The notes under the pieces: generated by a model
What the model was told of the DNA's origin: nothing
What the model saw: only the letters and a program-made list of their open reading frames with translations
The model's database searches: none
Shown: positions 7,326-12,710 of the stretch, piece after piece
Layout of the letters: each line of letters opens with the position of its first letter
How positions within the stretch are numbered: the stretch's first letter is position 1
IMG/VR virus record: IMGVR_UViG_3300045988_019235
Coordinates: 1 to 12,710 of that record
DNA: 12,710 bases
Reading direction: 5' to 3' (one strand)
From: a virus
Made by a program: the position numbers and the translations under genes

Positions 7326-7520
7326 TTACTTAATCAAAGTTTTAATTAAGGTACAAAGTTCTGTGAGCACCTTTGTGTTACTTTGTACCGTTTCATTTAA
7401 CTTGTCGGTTTCGTTTTGGTGTCGTTCGTTCTGTTTTTCCATATAGAAAAATAGGGCGACACACACCGCAACAGGAAAACCAACGTTGCTAATAAGTGAA
7501 ATTATTCCGTTTGCATCCAT
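7326..7520 (-). CDS. Small membrane protein (64 aa; N-terminal TM helix plus helical tail), holin candidate
   Basis: GIISLISNVGFPVAVCVALFFYM is the only clear TM segment in the genome. The ISNVGFPVAV pattern recalls YvrJ-family small membrane proteins (from memory, unverified). It is the first gene after P2, and its stop abuts the connector ATG. Confidence 0.6.
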   Translation of the reverse strand: MDANGIISLISNVGFPVAVCVALFFYMEKQNERHQNETDKLNETVQSNTKVLTELCTLIKTLIK

Positions 7521-7553
7521 ATAGTAATTTTTTAACTTTGTTATTTAACGCTG

Positions 7554-7585
7554 CAAAGATAATAACTTTATTTGGTTTCACCAAA
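7554..7585 (-). promoter_or_regulatory. Promoter P2 (Bacteroidota-type) for the structural operon
   Basis: The minus strand reads TTTGGTG...20-nt spacer...TATCTTTGCAG. The -33 element is the complement of 7582..7585 and the -7 element the complement of 7554..7561. It lies about 34 nt upstream of the ATG at 7520. Confidence 0.7.
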
Positions 7586-7588
7586 TAA

Positions 7589-7632
7589 AACAGGGGAAAA
7601 ATGTTTCACGTGAAACAATTTTAACCCCTGTT
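7589..7632 (-). terminator. Terminator hairpin of the replication/packaging operon, with the GTTTCACGTGAAAC palindrome (7603..7616) embedded
   Basis: The outer 8-bp stem AACAGGGG/CCCCTGTT (7589..7596 / 7625..7632) encloses AAAA..TTTT and the perfect 14-bp palindrome. On the minus strand the hairpin is followed by TTTTATTTGG, which contains the -33 TTTG of P2. It starts 9 nt after the ATPase stop. Confidence 0.65.
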
Positions 7633-7640
7633 AACAGATA

Positions 7641-8780
7641 TTAAGTAATAATATTACTGCGAGCACTCGCCATTAAATAGTTACGAACGATTTCGCCAAT
7701 TTCGTTACTTTGATAAAATACCTTATCGGTAGCGAAATATTTAGTTATCTGCGATTCTATATACGTTGCAGTACTCAACAACTTTCGTTTGTAGTTCGGT
7801 TTGCCGTTCATTTGCAACGAATAAATCAAACTGTTGTCGGTGTCCTTAATCGGTGTTGTTTTGTTGTGAATGTAAATGAAATTATTCACACCGTTTTCTT
7901 TGTCCTCAACCTGTATCACGTTACCCTGTAACGTCATTTCGTTAAACTGAATATAGAAGACAAACAACACGTCACTCGGTTTATATTTTACAGGTAGGTG
8001 CGGATATACTGCTAGTTCCCATTTACCGCCCGTAATCATTTGCAAATTTTGGTTGTCGAAACAGAAATATTTGTTACTCGCTTTCTGTTTGACAACAGTA
8101 CTGCAATATTCAACCGCAACCGTTGCACCGTGCTCACCGAACTTATAAATATCTATTGTGCCCTGTTCCATCACTCGCACCTGTTTCAATCCCATTTCGG
8201 TAAAATACGGGCAAAACTGATTCACGGTATTACCTAACATAAAGACTTTAACATCATTTCTTTGACGAATAATTGTACTCAACAGGTTCATATATAGCAT
8301 AAACTCATCGGGCAAATAATAACGTCTTGTAAGGAACTCATCGAAAACAATAGTAGTTATGTTCGGGTAACTGCTAGATTTTTCGTGTTCCTGTTCTGAA
8401 AGACAAAAACCATAACAGAACGGTGTGTTTTCGGGCACACGTTTTTTCGTTTCTGCATCATAGAACGAAAGAAACCATTTACCCGAAACGTAAAACACTT
8501 CGTTAAACTTACCGTTTGTAAGTTCTTTTATCACACCGTTTGCCACGTGATTTGCAAACAAACTTTCTGCACGTTTGCCCCTTAAATCTTCTCGCCAACG
8601 TCTAATATAAGCCATTTGTTTACCTGTGCGCAAATATTCTTTTATTCCATACAACAACGTTGCATACGTCTTGCCGTTGGAACGTTCACCGAAAATAACG
8701 TTGTAATCTGCATTTTTTGATAAAATACGATTCAACGTGTAAAATTTAGGTGTTTCAACTTTTTCTTTTTTCTGTTTCAT
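7641..8780 (-). CDS. DNA encapsidation (packaging) ATPase, phi29 gp16-like
   Basis: 379 aa. Walker A is GERSNGKT (codons at 8667..8690) and Walker B-like is TTIVFDEF. Size and single-subunit organisation are typical of phi29-type packaging ATPases. Confidence 0.8.
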   Translation of the reverse strand: MKQKKEKVETPKFYTLNRILSKNADYNVIFGERSNGKTYATLLYGIKEYLRTGKQMAYIRRWREDLRGKRAESLFANHVANGVIKELTNGKFNEVFYVSGKWFLSFYDAETKKRVPENTPFCYGFCLSEQEHEKSSSYPNITTIVFDEFLTRRYYLPDEFMLYMNLLSTIIRQRNDVKVFMLGNTVNQFCPYFTEMGLKQVRVMEQGTIDIYKFGEHGATVAVEYCSTVVKQKASNKYFCFDNQNLQMITGGKWELAVYPHLPVKYKPSDVLFVFYIQFNEMTLQGNVIQVEDKENGVNNFIYIHNKTTPIKDTDNSLIYSLQMNGKPNYKRKLLSTATYIESQITKYFATDKVFYQSNEIGEIVRNYLMASARSNIIT

Positions 8781-8781
8781 A

Positions 8782-10989
8782 TTATTCCTTTTTTAATCTT
8801 ATTCCCATTAAATAATTTATATAAAGAACTGAAAGACTCAAAGTGTACCCCGTTGGTTCTAAATGTACCCCTGTGGTCGTATCGTAACTTGAAACGTTTC
8901 CCTTATAGTCTTTTATCGTTCCCGTTTGTTCGTAATCTATATACGTGTGGATGTTCTTACCTGTTGCACTCGGTGGGATGTCTAGATAGTTTGTGAACGC
9001 ATCGAACACACCATTTTCACCGTACGTTTCCACCATATAGGGGATAGCTGATTTCTTGTTGACACCCGAAACGGTCATAGAGTAATTATAATTTTTGCCG
9101 TTTACTGTAAGGGCATTTTCTTCTTCAACCATATATCTTTTAGCACCCAAAGTTTTAAAACGGCTGTATCTACCCTCATAGTCCCAAACCCCCAAAGGTT
9201 TTGCTATTCCCTTTATTGTGACGGGTTCAACTTTTTCAAAGGGGATTTTATGATGCTTACAGGCTGCACGCAATTTCTGTTGTGCCAAATCGTTGTATGC
9301 TTTGAAATATTCTTTGTGGGCATCCCCGTTCATTATTTTGACTGAATCGGTGTCGCTGTATATGTAATCGTCACCGCATTCTGAAATACCTGTAAACAAG
9401 TTTCTTCTTGCATAGGCGGTTACATAAATACCCCACGGGTAAAATAAAAAGCGGTTTTTGCTATCGTTGTATTTATTGAGCATTTCTAATTGCTTTTCGC
9501 CTGTAAGGTGTTCCACATCCCACGTTTCCCCGTCACATAGAATCTCATCACGCAACGGGTTTGTAACACACATACCGTAACAACTATTAAGCATTTCTTT
9601 ACTATTCAGATATTCCACTTCTTTACCCTTTACACCTTTAAGTTTCGTCTTCATTTCATACAGGTGCAAAATTGATTCCACAAATTCGGTCGGCAAATAT
9701 TCTTTGCGGTAACAAATCATTCGCCCGATTCTTATTTGTTCCCACGTGTAAAACTGTGAAAACACTTTGTAATCTATTTCTGTAATCGTCATACAGATTT
9801 TCTTTGCACAAACCAATCTACCGTTATTCTCGGAAACGTTTTCTTTGACGAAACATTTACTTACCGATATAGGGTTTTCGTTTTCTGATTTCGCAAATAT
9901 GTTTGTGATTTCTACATCGAACACACAACAAAATTTGCTAGTCATAAACTCAAACTGTTTCATAGACTTTACAGGAACAAAAACACCTGTGCTCATCGGG
10001 AATTTTTCCGACACCATAACATAAGGGTAACTGCTAGTAAAATCGTAACTATCTACGTTTTCAATTACCTCATCGGTATATTTTGCGTTTGCGTGTGTGA
10101 AACCGCCCGAAAACGCCCTTTGCAGCATAGAAAACTCTTCTAAACCTGTAATATTCAAAGAATGAATCTTATCAATATATTTAAAGTTAGGAATCGTTTT
10201 CCCCGTTTCGTCAGTTGTTTTAAAGCATACAGAACGGCAATACTTTCGGACAAACCCCGTTTTTGTAATCGGCAAACGTGTTATTCCTTTATATTGTTCT
10301 ATTAATTCCTGTATATAGCACATCACAACTTTTATGTCGTTCAAACAGTAACCAATTTCTTTTTGGGTCAACGGTGTTTCGCTGTGGCGCAACAGGGAAT
10401 AATCTAAATCCCCGACTAACTTTTCACATTTATATTTGTGAAGTTGTTCACCCAATTTCGCCAACGAATATCCCGAAAGTAAGTAACTGCATCGGAACTC
10501 TAAACCCGTTTTAGTTATTCCGTAAATAGGTTTTCTAAGGTCTATAGAAAAAACTTTTTCCCATTCCAACAGTTCACGGAAAAACTGAAATTCATAAGCT
10601 AAGTTATGCACGTATATAATAACACGCTTTTTCGGGCATAGTTCCAATATAGCCACGATTTCGACTAACATATTCAAAAACTCATCCCACGTTCTACCAA
10701 TAATGCAAAAACCGTTTATTCCAAATTGCCACACATACATCAAAGAACATTTTTCCATTTTGGTTTGTTTACCGCCTAATTTCATATAACGTTCATAACT
10801 GTATGTTTCGCCATCCGCATCCCTGTAAAAAGATGTAGTTTCAATATCGAAAGAAACAGGCACATTAAGGAACTTTTCGCCCTTATTATTGCCTGTAAAA
10901 TTCTTTTCGTTCACCGCCAAAGATAAAACCTTTGCAATATCTTTTGGGGTGTAAACTTCTGTTTGTAGTTCAAAGGGTATTTTCTTCAT
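8782..10989 (-). CDS. Protein-primed family-B DNA polymerase
   Basis: Motifs read directly: Exo I FDIET, Exo II HNLAYEF, Exo III YCLND, FSGG (YxGG-like), motif A DFTSSYPY, motif B KEMLNSCYG, motif C YSDTDS and KxY (AKRY). The long motif A to B spacing is compatible with a TPR1 insertion. The genome has ITRs. Confidence 0.92.
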   Translation of the reverse strand: MKKIPFELQTEVYTPKDIAKVLSLAVNEKNFTGNNKGEKFLNVPVSFDIETTSFYRDADGETYSYERYMKLGGKQTKMEKCSLMYVWQFGINGFCIIGRTWDEFLNMLVEIVAILELCPKKRVIIYVHNLAYEFQFFRELLEWEKVFSIDLRKPIYGITKTGLEFRCSYLLSGYSLAKLGEQLHKYKCEKLVGDLDYSLLRHSETPLTQKEIGYCLNDIKVVMCYIQELIEQYKGITRLPITKTGFVRKYCRSVCFKTTDETGKTIPNFKYIDKIHSLNITGLEEFSMLQRAFSGGFTHANAKYTDEVIENVDSYDFTSSYPYVMVSEKFPMSTGVFVPVKSMKQFEFMTSKFCCVFDVEITNIFAKSENENPISVSKCFVKENVSENNGRLVCAKKICMTITEIDYKVFSQFYTWEQIRIGRMICYRKEYLPTEFVESILHLYEMKTKLKGVKGKEVEYLNSKEMLNSCYGMCVTNPLRDEILCDGETWDVEHLTGEKQLEMLNKYNDSKNRFLFYPWGIYVTAYARRNLFTGISECGDDYIYSDTDSVKIMNGDAHKEYFKAYNDLAQQKLRAACKHHKIPFEKVEPVTIKGIAKPLGVWDYEGRYSRFKTLGAKRYMVEEENALTVNGKNYNYSMTVSGVNKKSAIPYMVETYGENGVFDAFTNYLDIPPSATGKNIHTYIDYEQTGTIKDYKGNVSSYDTTTGVHLEPTGYTLSLSVLYINYLMGIRLKKE

Positions 10990-11660
10990 TATAAACCAAA
11001 TTTTTCAAATTCTTGCAATATCTTTTTTAACGGCTCATCCGTTTTAAATTCGTCAACGTCATTCACGTATGCTTCTGCTGTACCACTGTGGGCGATTTGG
11101 TCTATTGCATCATCCAACGCATTTTCAATTCTAACCGCATCGTCTTCGATTTGGTCGGACACGTCACGGGATTCCTGTTCAAGTTCACCTGTAAAGTCTT
11201 TATATTGCATTAAGTATTGTTCCAAAAATCTTTCATCGGAAACACTTGCAATTTTACCCATTAATTTATCTTGCATCAACTTAAATTCTTTATCGTTTAA
11301 GTCGTAAGACTTCTTTAAGTGATTTGAGTACTCACGTGTACCACTTGCCGTTGATGTCGGTTGTTGCAAAAAAGAAACCGCTTTGGAATATTCGATTTTT
11401 AAATCGTTCCAATCGTGTTTCATTGAAAATTTTGCGAAACCTTTGATGTCACCTTTGTTCAACGCAACAACTGCGGGCGAAACCAAACCCATTTTTTCCA
11501 CGTTTTGGATTCTTCGATTTGCCTGTTGAAATACACGGGCGATTTCTTTGCGTAAATAGCCACGTGATTCTATTGCATCCATTATCTGCTTATCTACGTG
11601 TATTTTAGAAGTTGATGCAAAAGTTCTTTTTGAAAAACCTATCGGATTCAATTTAGCCAT
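10989..11660 (-). CDS. Candidate terminal protein (223 aa)
   Basis: Immediately upstream of the polymerase and translationally coupled to it (TAATG overlap at 10989), as in phi29 gene 3 / gene 2. The N-terminal half is basic and the C-terminal third strongly acidic, as in the DNA-mimicking priming domain of known TPs. No sequence-level proof. Confidence 0.5.
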   Translation of the reverse strand: MAKLNPIGFSKRTFASTSKIHVDKQIMDAIESRGYLRKEIARVFQQANRRIQNVEKMGLVSPAVVALNKGDIKGFAKFSMKHDWNDLKIEYSKAVSFLQQPTSTASGTREYSNHLKKSYDLNDKEFKLMQDKLMGKIASVSDERFLEQYLMQYKDFTGELEQESRDVSDQIEDDAVRIENALDDAIDQIAHSGTAEAYVNDVDEFKTDEPLKKILQEFEKFGL

Positions 11661-11684
11661 ATTATTACAGTTTTAAAATGAAAC

Positions 11685-11727
11685 AAAAAACGGGGCAACA
11701 ATAAACAAAGTTACTGTTTACCCCGTC
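11685..11727 (-). terminator. Putative attenuator/terminator between the 121-aa gene and the TP-polymerase genes
   Basis: The minus-strand RNA reads ACGGGGUAA...UUGCCCCGU, a 9-bp stem with one G-U pair, followed by UUUUUU. It starts 30 nt after the stop at 11757 and ends about 24 nt before the ATG at 11660. Confidence 0.45.
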
Positions 11728-11756
11728 ACGTTATCCACCCTTTACCCTACGAAAAA

Positions 11757-12122
11757 CTACTTATCTACAAACGTTATACCATAACATTTCTTTGCGTGCG
11801 ATTCATATTCGTAAATCGTGTAACCAACTTTGTTGGCTTTGATAGCATCAACCGCCTCACTATCTGCGAGAATCTCACGAATCGTGTCACCTGTGAACTG
11901 TGGCAAATTTACAAGACGTTTGTTCTCGGCATCAATAATAACAGGCGAATCACCCAACTGCGATTTGTGAACGTACATACCGTTGATAGGGTGTACCACA
12001 TCACCGCCACCCTCATTCTCGCTGTTGAAAATGTCGGTCAACTTTACAAACGGAAAATCGGTTGTATCAATACCGAAACTTGTCTTATTGAACTTACTTG
12101 CAAAACTAAAACCTTTAGCCAT
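11757..12122 (-). CDS. Early protein (121 aa), possible ssDNA-binding protein
   Basis: Its size and position (upstream of TP and polymerase) mirror phi29 p5 (124 aa). The C-terminal strand-loop-strand pattern is loosely similar. Weak evidence. Confidence 0.55.
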   Translation of the reverse strand: MAKGFSFASKFNKTSFGIDTTDFPFVKLTDIFNSENEGGGDVVHPINGMYVHKSQLGDSPVIIDAENKRLVNLPQFTGDTIREILADSEAVDAIKANKVGYTIYEYESHAKKCYGITFVDK

Positions 12123-12156
12123 AACTTAATCTTTTTAAAACGTTAAACTTCTGTTG

Positions 12157-12324
12157 TTACTTTACTTCATTCAAACCGTTTGCAGCCGCAAAATCGTTCA
12201 ACCACTTCTTAAAGCGGTTCAACTTAATAACCGCCTTATCGTCTTTAGCAACTTCGTTTGAAGTCATTAAAGCGTTAACACTTGTAATACAGTTGAAAAC
12301 AGTTTCATTAAAATTTTCGTTCAT
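12157..12324 (-). CDS. Small early protein (55 aa), absent from the supplied ORF track
   Basis: Hand translation of the minus strand gives MNENFNETVFNCITSVNALMTSNEVAKDDKAVIKLNRFKKWLNDFAAANGLNEVK*. The ATG at 12324 lies about 45 nt downstream of P3, and the ORF fills an otherwise empty gap before the 121-aa gene. Confidence 0.55.
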   Translation of the reverse strand: MNENFNETVFNCITSVNALMTSNEVAKDDKAVIKLNRFKKWLNDFAAANGLNEVK

Positions 12325-12374
12325 AACTTACCTAATTTAAATTGTTAAACTTATATTGTTTATTAAACACGGTG

Positions 12375-12406
12375 CAAAGATACGTCTTTTTCTAATAACC
12401 ACCAAA
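12375..12406 (-). promoter_or_regulatory. Promoter P3 (Bacteroidota-type) for the right-end replication operon
   Basis: The minus strand reads TTTGGTG...20-nt spacer...TATCTTTGCAC. The -33 element is the complement of 12403..12406 and the -7 element the complement of 12375..12382. The upstream TTAACtAAAATAATTTGGT is 18/19 identical to the equivalent P1 segment. Confidence 0.7.
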
Positions 12407-12458
12407 TTATTTTAGTTAAAAAGTATTAAAGAATAAAATTAATATCTGTTAACACTTC

Positions 12459-12529
12459 GTTTCACGTGAAACATTAATAACAGTTTGTTCCACGTGAAAC
12501 ATTCACTTTGCCACCGTTCCACGTGAAAC
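12459..12529. promoter_or_regulatory. Three phased GTT(T/C)CACGTGAAAC sites (12459..12472 unique perfect palindrome; 12487..12500 and 12516..12529 in ITR-R)
   Basis: Read directly. Spacing is 28 and 29 bp. The unique copy is flanked by the CTGTTA/TAACAG inverted repeat (12446..12451 / 12478..12483). Confidence 0.6.
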
Positions 12530-12710
12530 ATCATTTTTATGAAAGTTTAACAGAGTTAAAGTGTGTTAAGGCTTGTTAATTGTGGTACTTGTGGCACGGC
12601 AACAAAAAGCGTGCCAAAGTGTGTTAGCAAGTGTTAAAAACCTGTTGGGAAATGTTAAAAATGGGTGCCTTGTGTACCTTTATGCTGGATCGGAAGAGCG
12701 TTCAGAGGAA
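12484..12710. repeat. Right inverted terminal repeat (ITR-R)
   Basis: Exact reverse complement of 1..227. Confidence 0.95.
12688..12710. other. Adapter-like terminal 23-mer (mirror copy)
   Basis: GATCGGAAGAGCGTTCAGAGGAA, compared with the Illumina PE adapter GATCGGAAGAGCGGTTCAGCAGGAA... as recalled from memory. Confidence 0.7.

Noticed and set aside
7710-12146. Plus-strand ORFs at 7710..7931, 8040..8237, 10278..10514 and 11796..12146
   Set aside because: All lie antisense within the ATPase, polymerase or 121-aa genes. No upstream Bacteroidota-type promoter motif is present, and their composition is typical of shadow ORFs.
1-12710. ITR-bounded element interpreted as a transposon/IS, casposon, Polinton-like element or linear plasmid
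   Set aside because: No transposase, integrase or Cas1 is present and no target-site duplication can be seen. Instead there is a phi29-type connector, an HK97-like capsid, a packaging ATPase and an endolysin, which is a virion-forming phage gene set.
1-12710. tRNA, rRNA or tmRNA genes and alternative genetic code
   Set aside because: No cloverleaf-like sequences were noticed in the short intergenic regions. Long uninterrupted ORFs under the standard code cover nearly the whole genome, so recoding need not be invoked.

Overview
The window appears to be a complete, very small (~12.7 kb) linear dsDNA phage genome of the phi29-like, protein-primed podovirus type. Perfect 227-bp inverted terminal repeats (1..227 and 12484..12710) bound it. 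The outermost 23 nt of each look like sequencing-adapter remnants, so the biological ITR is probably about 204 bp. I count 16 tightly packed genes in three transcription units. (i) A right-end leftward replication/packaging unit: a 55-aa ORF missing from the ORF track, a 121-aa protein, a candidate terminal protein, a protein-primed family-B DNA polymerase and a gp16-like encapsidation ATPase. (ii) A central leftward structural unit: a 64-aa membrane protein, a phi29 gp10-like connector with an acidic Glu/Thr-repeat tail, a 189-aa protein, a gp8-like major capsid protein, a 151-aa protein and a 697-aa tail/receptor-binding protein with tandem 95-aa domains. (iii) A left-end rightward unit: three small unknown proteins, an M15 zinc-peptidase endolysin and an 82-aa protein. 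Each unit is preceded by the same promoter architecture, TTTGGT-N18-TATCTTTGCA, which matches the Bacteroidota -33 TTTG / -7 TAnnTTTG type, and Shine-Dalgarno sequences are essentially absent. Together these point to a Bacteroidota host, unusual for this phage type. A 14-bp palindromic motif, GTTTCACGTG(G/A)AAC, occurs at six regulatory positions: both ITRs, one extra copy at the right end, and one inside the terminator hairpin that abuts the central promoter. It is the most interesting unexplained signal. No tRNA, CRISPR array, integrase or transposase is evident. All homology statements rest on motif reading and remembered family sequences, not on searches.
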